From contig JBBPEB010000007.1 of assembly GCA_039096225.1 (NCBI GenBank), positions 1,302,001-1,366,000 on the forward strand: a stretch of 64,000 nt of DNA, in the 5' to 3' direction. Numbering within the stretch: position 1 is the first letter of the stretch; every line of letters begins with the position of its first letter. This stretch comes from Blastocystis sp. Blastoise. Its lineage: Eukaryota > Protista > Bigyra: Opalinata. A program made the translations under genes and the position numbers. Positions 1 through 15,692 of the stretch are shown here, one piece after another. Under the pieces are notes generated by a model, which saw nothing but the letters and a program-made list of their open reading frames with translations, did no database searches and had not been told where the DNA came from.

Positions 1-3000
1 TACTTCCTCTCTTCCTCCTTCCTCGACTATATAGCTAATCCCTATATATATATAACCGATAAGGACGAGCTGTCGCTTGTGAATGAAGACACAGAAGTCA
101 TTAACTTGGCTATTAAAGAAACTCAAAAACATATTTCCAAACATCTGTATATATATATATATATATATATTTATTATTTATTATTTATTTATAGGGATAT
201 GTTTTTCTGTGGTAATTCTGTGACAGAATCCAATATAAATGAATTATTTATCTATTTCTCTTCTATATTAAAAACAGTTAAAACTATTTCTCAAAAACTC
301 TTTGTATATATTATTATTATTATATACTTATTCTCATTATTATTATTATATATAATGTATTTATAGTATGTGAATATCTTTACATACTTATTAAACATAT
401 CTACACCTCGTCTTCCCGATTCTCTTTCTATTCCTCTCTGTTCTCTCCTCTACTCACTAATGGAGGCTGACCATATTATCGCAGACAATCTCTCCGTATA
501 CCTTCTTCTTATCCTCAATAAAAAGATCCATTCCTTTATTAATACATATATTACATTCCTTAAAGAGAAAGATAATATTCAACTCTTCTTCAAAGTATTC
601 TAATATATCCTATTCTATATCTATATATACATTATTACTCTTATATATATATATATATAGACCTTGTATAGTTCCTGTACCATGGGGACCTCCATGTTGA
701 GTCCCGAATTGAAGGCCATTCACGCCTGGTACACGGGCTGCTATCTGTTTTTTATTCATCCATTTTATTCAAAGACAAATACAGTCTTCGCTATCAGTCA
801 TGGATATCTCATTCTATTATTCGTATATATATATATATATATATATTATTCATATAATATTCATATAATATTCATATATTATTCATATAATATTCATATA
901 TTATTCATATAATATTCATATAATATTCATATAATATTCATATAATATTCATATAATATTCATATACTATTCATATAATATTCATATACTATTTATAATA
1001 TGACTTCTATATATAGAATGTGATGAAGACTCAGAGTGATTTGTTATTACCCTATATGATCAAAGAAATAGAAGAGAAAACGAAACAATTTGGTATATAT
1101 ATATCAAGTTAAACTATATATATATATATATATAGATGAGAATAACATAAAGAGTATTCATTATACGTCTATTCTCTATTACGCTTCTCTCCCTTCTCTC
1201 CTCTCTCTGCCTTCCTCTTCTCCCTATTATCAACAGGTCCAGGACCTTCATCAGTGTATACATCTGTGCATCAACCTCGTTCGCGCTAGCTATATGACCG
1301 TATTCGCTTTTCTAGCTACTGTTCATGACGTCACATTATATATGAAGTATATATATATATTATTATATTATTATATTCTTATTCATATCAGACATATATG
1401 TATTATTCTTATTCATTTTGTTTGTTCTTATTGTAGAATAGTAATTCTATAATAATAATAATTATTATTATTATATTAATATTTATTATTCTATAAAGGA
1501 TTCTATTGGATCAAGTGCGTGCGATGAACACTCCGTCATCCATGAGTATATTTATTGCGTCATTTGAACCAGTTTTAGCAGCTTATTTATGGAAAATTAA
1601 AGCTATGACGAATGGGTGCGTCACGAGTATGTTTGGACCTATTGGCGAAGCACAATCCCTCACAGAAATTCAAACGGAACTTAACGGCATTTATGAATAT
1701 TTCTTTGACACAATTGCTGCTAATGATATTTTTAGTAGCTCTGTATATATATGTATTAATATTAGTATATCATATATAGTATTTGGTCTCTCCTGTTGTA
1801 TATATATATCTCGATATATACATGAATATCAAAGGAAACAAGAAATATGAAGAGAAAATCTCTCAGTTTATGGAATCTAGTATTGCTCTCTTTAAAGATA
1901 ATATTATAAATCCTCCTACAGACCGTCCTATTTGTATTCCTCATTTCTCAATGCCTCTTATCGAATTCTATGCACATGACGATGAAATGGTATCAAAATG
2001 GTGTTTTGAATTATTCAAAATATGTGTACAAGCTTCTGTATATAAATGACTATATATGATTATATATATATATATGACTATATATGACTATATATATATA
2101 GTCCTCCCAGAGTGAGCAAGTATTGGATTGTACTCAGTGTATTTCTGGCTATTGTTTCATAAATCATGAATCACTCTCTTATTTAGATTATCTTATTTCA
2201 TATATTACCAAGTCACATGCACATCAGAATTCACCCAATCATTTGATGGCACACATAAGTATATTCTTCAGCGTCATCATGATTCTGGAGGGAATTGACA
2301 AATTAATTCCCTATTTGGAGAAACTCGAAACAGTATTCTTTTCTCCTTTTGATTTAGTATGTATATATTGTCAACATTATATATATATATAATGATTTTG
2401 ATTTTAATTATTCTATCTACCTATCTATCTATATATATAGGTTCGTATTAATTTGCAAAGTCTTTTAGATTATATATATTCATTCTTACCTAATGAGTAT
2501 ATGGAAAAGAAAGTGAAACGATTAGCGAAAATATTAAAGAAAAAACATCTCACTGAAGAACAAGTATATATATAAATATATATAAATATATAACTATAAA
2601 TATATACAACTATATATAACTATATATATATAGAAAGCAATTGATCCTCAATTATTAAAAGAAGGAGCTGTATATACTTATAGTTTATATATAATAAATA
2701 TATATATAAATCTCTTTATTATTGATCATTTTCTAGATACGTGAGTTATGTTCCATTCTTCAAAGTGGATATACTACACGATCTTGTGCTGTTAGTGCTA
2801 TCAAAGTACTCTTAGATTATATGCCACTTCCAAAGTATATTTCTTATATACATATTTATAGTTTATACTTCTTTATATCACAAATGAATAATAATTGCTT
2901 TTTTTTATAGGCAATATCAAAACATTATTGATGAATCCTTCCAAATCTTATTAAAGGCTTCTATTAGTTATCGTGTTCCTCTTAAATCTTTATTTACAGA

Positions 3001-3055
3001 AGAAGAATGGGACATCATTACGTCTTCTAACACTTCTTTATCTTATTTTTCTTAA
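1..3055 (+). CDS. PSME4: Proteasome activator PA200/Blm10-like HEAT protein, 3' part (5' end outside window), multi-exon
   Basis: GT-AG exons join in phase to ...DLVRINLQSLL...KEGAIRELCSIL...LFTEEEWDIITSSNTSLSYFS*. This matches the PA200/Blm10 C-terminal pattern (EVR..A..TL, HAGVLGL, FT..QL..L...YYA). Stop TAA at 3053-3055. Confidence 0.7.
845..995. repeat. Intronic 11-bp minisatellite (tattcatataa)n
   Basis: About 13 tandem copies inside a PSME4 intron. Confidence 0.85.
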
Positions 3056-3356
3056 TATACATATATATAGCTATGTAAAAGAACAATTTACAGAATAAAA
3101 TTCTTTTCTTTTTTATTTTTTTCAATCAATTTTATTAGTATATATATTATATAATGTTGTTGTTGTGTTGTACACTATGATTTCCACAACTATTCATAAT
3201 TGAAAAAATACAAAATGCTTTTATCTGTTTTTAATACATAAAATTATAAACTGGAAGAAATTACTAAAGAAAAAATAAATCATTATTCTTTTTTGTATTA
3301 TTTACTTTTAGTGTTTTAAATAAATACTTATAAATCTTTTTTTGTATTTCATTTCT

Positions 3357-4585
3357 ATGTCCGAGAAAGAAACTAAAGAAACTAAACAAGAATCAAAATG
3401 TATTAAGGGTTGGGGATGCGTATGTAAGTCGTTCCTAATTTATATTTTGATATCCGCTGTTGTTGGCTATATGTATATTTGTCACTTTTTTTATTTATAA
3501 TATGTCTTTTCTTAAGAGTATTAACTCCACAGAATCCTATATTTAAGATTGCATATGATAACAATATGGAAATGATGAAAAATCTAATTGAGAATGGTGG
3601 AGATGTGAATGTTCTTGATTATCAGAATAATACGGCTCTCTTCTGGGCTGCAAAAGCTGGAAACATAGATATGATTAATTATCTTTGCAGAAATGGTATA
3701 AATGTTAATGCTAAGAATTCTATTCAAGCGACAGCCTTGCATTGGGCTGTTTTTTCTAATAGTGTATACATATATTAATAATTATAATATGTATATATTC
3801 TATATTATTGATCTATTAACAGATTCTTTGTTCATTATTGCTTTTTCTATTCTACATGTATATGTATATTTGTATATTTCCTAGAGTCAAACAATTACTT
3901 CTCTTATAATGAATGGTTTAGACCCAGATTCAAAGGATGAAGATGGAAACACACCATTACATTTAGCATGTGAATATCACTTAGAAGAAAGTGTGAAAGA
4001 ACTCTTATTTAATCAAGCCAATCCAAACATCACAAATAACCTTGGAAATTCACCGTTACATCTTGTAGGCAAGAATTGTTGGGAAGACAAAAGGTATATA
4101 TTGAATTTATTATATATATTATGATATATGTTTATTATACTCTTTTGCTATTTTTTAATATATTTATATCATTATATATATATGATTTATATATATGATT
4201 TTTATTGATTGTTTTTATACGATATTTTGTTAATTATTAAATATAATATATTTGTATTATATATATATTTTGTATTATATATGTATTTTATTATATATTA
4301 TATTATTATTATTTTATATTCTTATTTATATATATCATTAATATATATAACATAATAATAATATATAGTTGTAAAGCGATTGTTGATGAAATGAAAGAGT
4401 TTTATGCTGATTTTAGTATTGTGAATAAGGAAGGTATACCAGCAATAGAAGTTATTTTAGATTCAAACACACTTGAGAAAATGAAGGAGTATTCAAAACA
4501 AGCAAGAAATGATGAGAATACTCAAAGAAATCATCATACACATGAAGTATCTGAAGATATTCCTAACGATACTGTAGATTTGTAA
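3357..4585 (+). CDS. Ankyrin-repeat protein with N-terminal signal anchor, 4 exons
   Basis: MSEKETK...FLIYILISAVVGYIVL, followed by ANK motifs TALFWAA, TALHWAV, GNTPLHLA and GNSPLHLV. Ends ...DTVDL*. Confidence 0.85.
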
Positions 4586-5237
4586 CTGTAAACATTCATG
4601 CTATTATTCTATTTTCTTGTTTTTATTAAAGTTTTCTTCATAGTTATAATGACTGCCTATTTTGAAAAGTCAATACAAATATTTACAATGATTTTTGAAG
4701 AGTAAACAGGACACAATTTATAACATACTTATTTTTTCGATTTTATGAGTATAAATTATTTCCAATTTTGAATATAGATTTATATAAATAGATAAAAAAT
4801 CAAAATGATAAATCTAATTGAAAACAAAAATGTGAATTAGTACCATTAATCTACCTATCTAGAATATATTTCAATTAAATGACAATATATTCACACTGAT
4901 TAATACGATACGTACTATAAATATTAGATATATGCAAAACAGACAATGATTAGCAATTAGAATTTATTCAGAGATTGAATTAGTTTCATATAGTGTTAGT
5001 ACTTTAAAGACAGAAGACAACGTATTCATTTAAAATAACAAAAGGTAAGGCACTTTAAAGATAAGAATAATCAACAAAATATTATCATGGGGATTTTGGT
5101 TTCTTCTCTTTTTATTCCAAAAGAAATCAATGGAAAAAGAGAAACAACAATATTTTTCTAGAAATACATTATTATTAGGTAAATTTCCAATTACTCTTTT
5201 TAACACATATAGAGCTATTTGCTATTAATATTTAATC

Positions 5238-5746
5238 ATGGTATATAATTTTGTTCTTTTTGTTTGGTTTATTAATGAATATGTATAGTCTTGGGCTGCT
5301 AAATTTGTTCCTTTTGCTGATCGTGTTTTAGTTAAGAAAATTACTCAAACTGCTAAGACCGTCAGTGGTATTATGCTTCCGGAATCTGCTGCTCCTAAAT
5401 TAAATCAAGCTGAAGTATATATATATAAATTTACGGAATGCATTCTATTTACATGTTTGATTATAACAATACAATAATACTACTTGTTTATAGATTATTG
5501 CTGTAGGACCTGGTAGATATCTTACTAATGGTCAATTTATGGCTTCTACTTTAAAGAAGGGTGATAAGTATATATATATACATATATCAGATATTGTCAT
5601 TATTCATATTATTCTATATATGGAGCATAGTTTATTATATTTTTTATAGGGTTTTATTACCTTCTTATGGTGGTACTGAAATTCAACTTAATAACGAAGA
5701 ATATATAATTTATAATCATGGTGATATCTTAGCTAAGTTTAATTAA
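5238..5746 (+). CDS. HSP10: 10 kDa chaperonin (Hsp10/Cpn10), 4 exons, first intron directly after ATG
   Basis: M/SWAAKFVPFADRVLVKKI...SGIMLPE.../IIAVGPG...KKGDK/VLLPSYGGTEIQLNNEEYIIYNHGDILAKFN*. Confidence 0.97.
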
Positions 5747-6483
5747 ATTGGGGAATATTAAATGTGCTTGGTTTTGCTGTTATTATAAAATGTTTTCTCT
5801 TATCTCTCAATATAGAAAAAAATTATTTTTGTTAAAAAAAAAATAAAACATAGTTGTATATATAGGACAAAATTAGTTTTTATGTAAGATTATCGTGTTC
5901 TATATTAATGTTATGTTGATTATACTTTGTTTCGTTTATTAATTCTAATAAAAAGACTTTTGTGTGAATGAACAAAACTCCATAAAATAAAAAAGACATG
6001 TGATTGATGATGAATAAATGCAACTATTTATAAATAGTAAGACAGGATAAAAATATGGACAAAAGAAGAAAAAGATGAAAATATACAAATAAATCTATAA
6101 ATGTAGAGAAATAAATCATAGGAAGTGATTTATTGAGCAATATATAGAAGAAGAACAAATAAATATAATATAATTGTAGAATATATATAAAAAATGAAAC
6201 GGTAAAAATGTTTTTAAAAAATAGAAAATATAATATAAATATTAAATATATGTATATATATTAATAGATTTTAAAAACAGACTTTGAAAAGAGCAAAAAT
6301 AAAAATAATAAAATAAAATAATTAAAAGATAGTTCACTAATATATATACAATTCATTTGTTTATATATATATATCTATTAAGAATAGAATGAAAATATAA
6401 GGTAGAATTAATGTTCTTATGAAAAATGAATGATATATATTGAATGCATAAGAGTATAATAATATAAATAGTTACATTATAAT

Positions 6484-9072
<2,589 letters not shown>

Positions 9073-9881
9073 AATGAGAATCAAAAAGTTCAATAATTAT
9101 CAAAGGATTGCTTTTATTTAATTTAAATATAAAAGAATAGCTAAGGCTAATAAAGGTTTTATAAGATCCAAAAAAATGAAGTAATTCTTATACAATACTT
9201 AAAGTTTAGAGTTAATGTAAAAATTTAAACTCATATAAACTTGCTTATTAGAACCGTGGGAATCTTGTTTTAATGTGGAGTTTTCATCAATTACCATAAA
9301 TAACACAAAACTTCACTTTTTTTAATATATACATCTTTTCATGAAAAGCAATTGTGTTTTTTGTATCATTTTGACTAAAAAAATCGACTGTCCCATGGGG
9401 AATACAGATATTCTATTATAGTTGGGTTTTCTCTGTTTTTTTACTTTGTATGAAGTTGATTTATAATTGATCATACATTGGTATGTCTTTGAAACCAGTT
9501 GTGTTTATGTGTAGTCTATAATATTTTAAAGATGTGCTAAAAAGATTATTTTTCTTAGTTCATATACGTTCCTTTTATTTACTGAAACATTTTAAAGTGT
9601 TTGATACATATTAGTGAATAGCAGAATCGTTCGTAAAGCGTGATTATTTAAGACAGTCATTATTTTATATGGTAATTCTTTATTATTTTATTCTTAACAT
9701 AGCATAAGAATTATAGTAATGTGGTGAATCATTCTGATATATAAAAATAATCAAAATTCATTGTAAATTGACAATTATTGCATTAATATAATTAATCATG
9801 AATATAATAAAAAAATGAGCCAAAATATTTCTTTAATTCAATAATGATCAAAGTATCACCTTTTGATAATTACTAATTAAA

Positions 9882-11209
9882 ATGCCATATCTTAATAAAG
9901 GTCAGCGTGAACCCTCTTGGAAATCGAAGCAGAAACGAGAAGGAGATGCTTTTGCATCATTAAATCAGAAAAAAGATATGTCAAAAGAAGCTAGTATATA
10001 CTATCTCCTTAACAAATAGATTTTTAATGCTTTATAATGATATATTAATTTATAAATAGGACAATGCTATTGCCAAAAGTGTGGAAGTAATGAACATTGG
10101 ACATATGAATGTAAAAAGGAACGTACTTATGTATCCAGACCTTCACGTACACAACAGGTATGATAATTATGTTTTTATTTTTAAAAACTTATTACAGAAT
10201 ATAATTATTATTTTTTTGATTGTATTATATATATTGAATTTATAATATATTTAAATAGTTACAACATCCGAAGTTGATTCCCAAGTTAAGTGAAGAGTTA
10301 CCTCCAGAAGAAGAGATTAAAAAAGAAGTTGAAACTCCATTGACAGTGACAGATATTGTTCAGATGACAAAGGATAAAAATAGTAAGAAGACTGAATCAG
10401 GTTCAGAATCTTATTCTTATTCTGATTCTGCATCTTATTCATATTCTTATTCTGATAGTGATACAGGATCTTATTCGAATTCTGGTTCTTATTCTTATTC
10501 CAGTTACTCTTATAGTGATAGTGACAGTGATAGTGATAGTAAGAAAGAAAAGGATAATGATAAGAAAGAAAAGGATAATGATAAGGATAAAAAAGAAAAG
10601 GATAATGATAAGAAAGAAAAGGATAATGATAAGAAAGAAAAGGATAATGATAAGGATAAAAAAGAAAAAGAGAACGATAAGGATAAAATACAAAAAGAGA
10701 ACGATAATGACAAGAAAGATACTGATAAGAAAGATACTACTTTAAAGACAGTTGTGAATACAAAAGAACATGATAGTACATCAGAGAACATTCTAGAACG
10801 TAAGGGATCACGTTCAAAATCTCTTGAAGAATCTATTCAGAAATCATCAAGGGCAATGATTGAGAAGAAATATAAAGAAATGGATAAAAAGGAGACTTCT
10901 GCTTCTACTGTTCAGTTACAAGCTAAACCAACAGCTAAGAAGAATCGATATATGGAAAGTTCCTCAGAGTCTTATTCTAAGTCTTCTCAGACTGATAAAT
11001 CCTATAGCGGATACTCTTCTGCTTCTTATTCATATTCTGATTATTCGTATTCAGATTCAAATAGTGAAAGCGACTCAGAGAAAGAAAAGAAGAATCAATC
11101 CAAAGAGTATAAACATTATCCTAGTCGTTCTTCTCATTCTAACAGTTATTCAAGAACTAAACGTACTCGATCTTCATCAGTAGATCGTAAAAAACTAAGA
11201 AAACATTAA
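9882..11209 (+). CDS. ZCCHC10: ZCCHC10-like zinc-knuckle protein with Ser/Tyr- and KKEKDND-rich tail, 3 exons
   Basis: Exon 2 encodes [30 protein letters not shown], the ZCCHC10 signature. A low-complexity C-terminus follows. Confidence 0.85.
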
Positions 11210-11592
11210 ATTTTATTCTCTACTTTTTTATTCTTTCATTTTTTTTTGATATCTGTTTCTTATTTGATGTTATTTATATATAAACTTGTTTCTTAAAAAA
11301 GTTTTTATTTTATTTAAAACATACTGCTATGATTTATACCAATCTACAGAACTCAAATATAAAAACAAATCACAAGTTTTTATTAACATATTAAACAACA
11401 AGAATTATAACTTACGAGGTAAATAAAAAAAAAAGCAAAAAAGACATAAAAACAATAGAACTTGAACTGTATATCTATGTAATAGTTGCTTTAAAAAAAG
11501 ATGAAAGAAGAAAACAAAGTATTTGAATATAAAATAGTGAATAAATATAAAATAGTTGTATAATGAAATAGAATCATAGAACTAAATACTGT

Positions 11593-14114
11593 TTAGTTTG
11601 TTCCAGGAGCAGCTTCTTCATCGGTAGTCTTTGTTTCAGGTACTTCAGTATTTGTAGTAGTAGCAGTAGTAGCAGCATTTGTAGTAGTAGCAGTAGCATT
11701 TGTAGTAGTAGTAGCAGCATTTCCAGTACTGCTAGCGATGATTTGATTGGCTGCTGCTTCAGATTGTTCCTGTGAATACCCAGCTTGTACATAGTACGTG
11801 ATCCACATTTGACGGATCTGTTCTGTAGTATATTGCTGACCATCTGCGGCAGTAGTAGTAGTAGCAGTAGTATCAGTAGTGGCAGTAGTAGTAGCAGCAG
11901 GAGCAGTAGTAGTAGCAGTAGTAGTAGCACCAGGAGCAGCAGTAGCAGGAGCAGCAGTAGCTTGTGCAGGCCATTGTTGGCCGTACATTCCATAAGATGC
12001 ATATCCATTGGCACCATAGGCATTGTAACCACCGTAAGCATTATACATTCCATAAGGTTCATAAGGATTATTATAACCCATTGGTTGGCTAGGTCTGATG
12101 TTATCTACAATTTGGCCAATAATACTAGAGATCTCATCACGTGCTATAGCTATACTGTGAGGGTCACCTGAAATAGTAATAGTACGAACAGGGGGATTGG
12201 TATTAGGATCAGCGACTTGGGGGATATGAATGTTACAACCCGTCTTTTCGCGAATACCTCGTAATGTGTCTCCTCCTTTACCAATAATAAGACCTACCTA
12301 TATAGAAAATAGAATAGAGAATAAAATAGAGAATAAAATAGAGAATAAAATAGAGGATAGAATAGGGAATAAATTAGAGAATAAAAAAGAGAATAAAATA
12401 GAGGATAAAATAGAGGATAGAATAGAGGATAGAATAGAGGATAGAATAGAGAATAAAAATAGAGAATAAAAATAGAGAATAAAAATAGAGAATAAAAATA
12501 GAGAATATACTTTATCGTTAGGAACAACGATGCTTTCATTTGGATAATTATTAGGAATAAAGCCCATTTGACCCTATATATAATAATATATACATATATT
12601 TAATGAAATTAATAAAAAGAGAATAAAAGCATATATATATATATGTACTTCAACAATATTCATAATTTCTTGGATGGCTGTTTTGACATTATCTCCGGGT
12701 CCTGTGAGCGTTAAAGTACGTTTCGTATGATCATCGTCATCGGGGACTTGAGGCATTTGAATACGAATAGAATTACGTTGTTGAATAGACTTGATCGTAA
12801 TACCTCCTTTTCCTATTACCATACCTACTTTATCATTAGGAATACGTAACTATATATATATATATAATGAATGGATTCAACAGAATCAGGATGACCATGT
12901 AAAACATGGTATATATATTAAATCTATATATATATATATACCTTTTCCACTCTTACATTCATAGCTACACTATTACTATCCATACCTAATACAGAAACAC
13001 TACCTGTTTGAATAATCGTTAAAATAGCTTTCTTGGCTCCTTCTATATTCTCCTTTTTCCCGTGGAACTTGACAAGTCGAGTAAGAGCACCTGGAAGTAC
13101 TTCTTCATTCTTTTGTAACTAGAAGTATATATATATTGTTAATAGTATATATAAAGAATGAATAAGATAAAAATAATAAATATAAATATAATACTACATA
13201 TAATACTACATATAAATAAAAATATAATACTAAATATAAATGAATACTTGTATTTGACACCCAAGAGTAGCATTAAGACTCTTAATTGTTTCTCCACCTC
13301 TACCTATAATTATACCGACAATCGAATTACTTATACTCATCTCATCATCTATCTCTCCTATATATATATTCAAATAAAATAAATAATAAATAAAAAAATA
13401 ATAAATAAAAATATAAAAAAAAATAAAATAAAAATAATAAAATAAAAATAAATAAAATAAATAATAAAATAAAATAAATAAAATAAATAAAAAAAAAATA
13501 AAATAAAAATTACCTGCTGTAGGGAAGAGATCTAAGGTTCTAGAAGCACTAGTAGAAGCTACTCCACCACAATGTTCTTTATAAAGTGCATTGCACTTAT
13601 CTTTATCTTCAAAAATTGCCTTAATATTAGCAATAGCTTTTTCAATACTTAACGAATCAGAACCAGTAATTGTTATATTAAATGGCTCCTCATTTCCCAT
13701 AGGTAAAGCATATTCGCCTGCAGTTGTTAATATTGTGTTTGTTTCAGTACTAATTTTATGAAGAAGATCTTCATTAAAGACTATTCTATAATTCAAATCG
13801 GCAGCAGTCGGTGGAACATAAACACGCTTTTTTGTAACATCATCTGAAAATTTTGTTGATGCAGCACGCTTTACAGTTCCAACTATATATATAGATATTT
13901 AAAATAATATAATAATAACAATAAAATAATAATAAAAGAGATACTTGAGCTAAGACCGAGTTTTTGAGCTATTTCAAGTGCACGAGCTTTAGCTTCATCG
14001 ACTTTATTGATCTAATTGGAATCGTACAAAGATAAAATAAACAGATTTTAAACAAAAAAACAAATGTTCTTTTAAATCTTGAAAAAAACTTACATCTTCT
14101 GAATTACCTGACAT
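11593..14114 (-). CDS. FUBP/KSRP-like multi-KH RNA-binding protein
   Basis: Three intact KH loops (VGIIIGRGGETI, VGMVIGKGGITI, VGLIIGKGGDTL) plus a degenerate first KH. C-terminal WITYY motif resembles FUBP tyrosine motifs. N-terminal 'AKARALEIAQKL' helix. Confidence 0.85.
12300..12505. repeat. Intronic 12-13-bp minisatellite (gaataaaataga/ggatagaataga)
   Basis: Fills the last intron of the KH gene. Confidence 0.85.
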
Positions 14115-14417
14115 ATTCTATCTTCTCTTTAATAAATTTAATGATATTAAATGTATTAAAGACAACCCTTTTCTTATATTATAAGAAATAAGAAAAAAAA
14201 TTTGTTCCAAAAGTGTAATCATTGATTTTGAATCGCATAAGTATATAATTTCTATATATAAAAGTGAGTCCACAGTTTTACGCTTAGGAATTCACTAGTT
14301 ATGGAAATAGAGTATAGTTGTCCGTATTAATGATTTTATTCGCGGAAATAATTAAAAGAAGAAAAATGTTTTTTTTTAACATTTTTATAGTTGACTATTC
14401 TGTTTTATTACATAAAT

Positions 14418-15606
14418 ATGAGTATCGACTATTTATCTCAATTAGTAGAAGGACATTTATTTATTCAAAATGCTTCAGGCCAATTTGATGAGATTATGAG
14501 TAACAAAGTTGTTTTTGGTTCCGAGAAAAAAGATAAAGATGATGCTATTCATATTATGAATAAACTGTTTAATCTTATTCAATCAGACGATTCTCAAGAT
14601 GTTTCTTTTTCTCTTGTTGCAATGAACTCTTTTATTCTGAATATACCTTCTTTCATATTGGATGATGTTGCAAGTAAGATAATTGATAATTTCAAGTCTC
14701 ATTTAAAGTCCCAAACACCAGAACGACAACAAATTGGTATTTTTTAAAATTTTATTATTGAATTTATCATATTATATATATATATATATTTGTTTATTAT
14801 TGTAGGTATTCAAATATATGCTAATTTATTTATGCGAATGAATGAGTGTTCAGCTACCGTTCTTCATGAATTATCACCAAAATGTAAAGAATTACTCTAT
14901 GTATTATTAGATAATATGACTCAAACAAAAAATGTATTTATTACTATAGTTATCCTTATATGTTCTTTATTATTACAAATATATAGCCTATTCTTATTGA
15001 GAATAATTTACGTTGTTTGTGCCAATGTGTCTATTTAATTAAGACTGCCATTCGTTCTATTATCGTTAATATTGAACAGAAACTAGTAAGTCACTAGATT
15101 TTATAGCTTATAATGCTTAACAACCTTTATTTATTTATTGTTATTATATATTTATAGTATAATTATTGTGTTAAAAATAAGAATTATATGTTTATTTGTA
15201 TTATAATTGTGGTTTATTTATTATTATTATAATGACTGGATTATTTGAATTTATCATATTATATATATATTAATGAGTATTATATATGTAGTTCCCGTTC
15301 TTGGATCATTATGAAGAAACAATTCGAGAATTAACAGCTACTTGCTTAGCTTATATATATCATGTATATTATAACTTTATTATTTATTTTTTTTATTATT
15401 GACGTTATTTATTTTCTTAATTTTTTATTTATTATTTATTTATTTATTATTCTACAGTGCGATAAAACGAGTGAATATTTCCAGAACTGTTTAAGCCTGA
15501 TCTTAAACACGTTGAATATGACTATATGTCTTTCCTTCGGTAAACCTTATGAACTCTCTCTTCCTACACTTAAACTCGATAATAATGTTCTTGTATATAG
15601 AATATA

Positions 15607-15692
<86 letters not shown>

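Noticed and set aside
1-3055. RRP12 or UTP20 as the identity of the first gene
   Set aside because: The C-terminal FT..W..I...SYFS* end fits PA200/Blm10 better.
5150-5170. Heat-shock element TTCTAGAA upstream of Hsp10
   Set aside because: Only two nGAAn units, and the word occurs elsewhere by chance in this AT-rich DNA.
9994-10019. Perfect U12 branch motif TCCTTAAC followed by AAATAG in ZCCHC10 intron 1
   Set aside because: The donor is GTATAT (U2-type) and that AG gives an immediate stop. The downstream AG restores the zinc knuckle. At most a relic.
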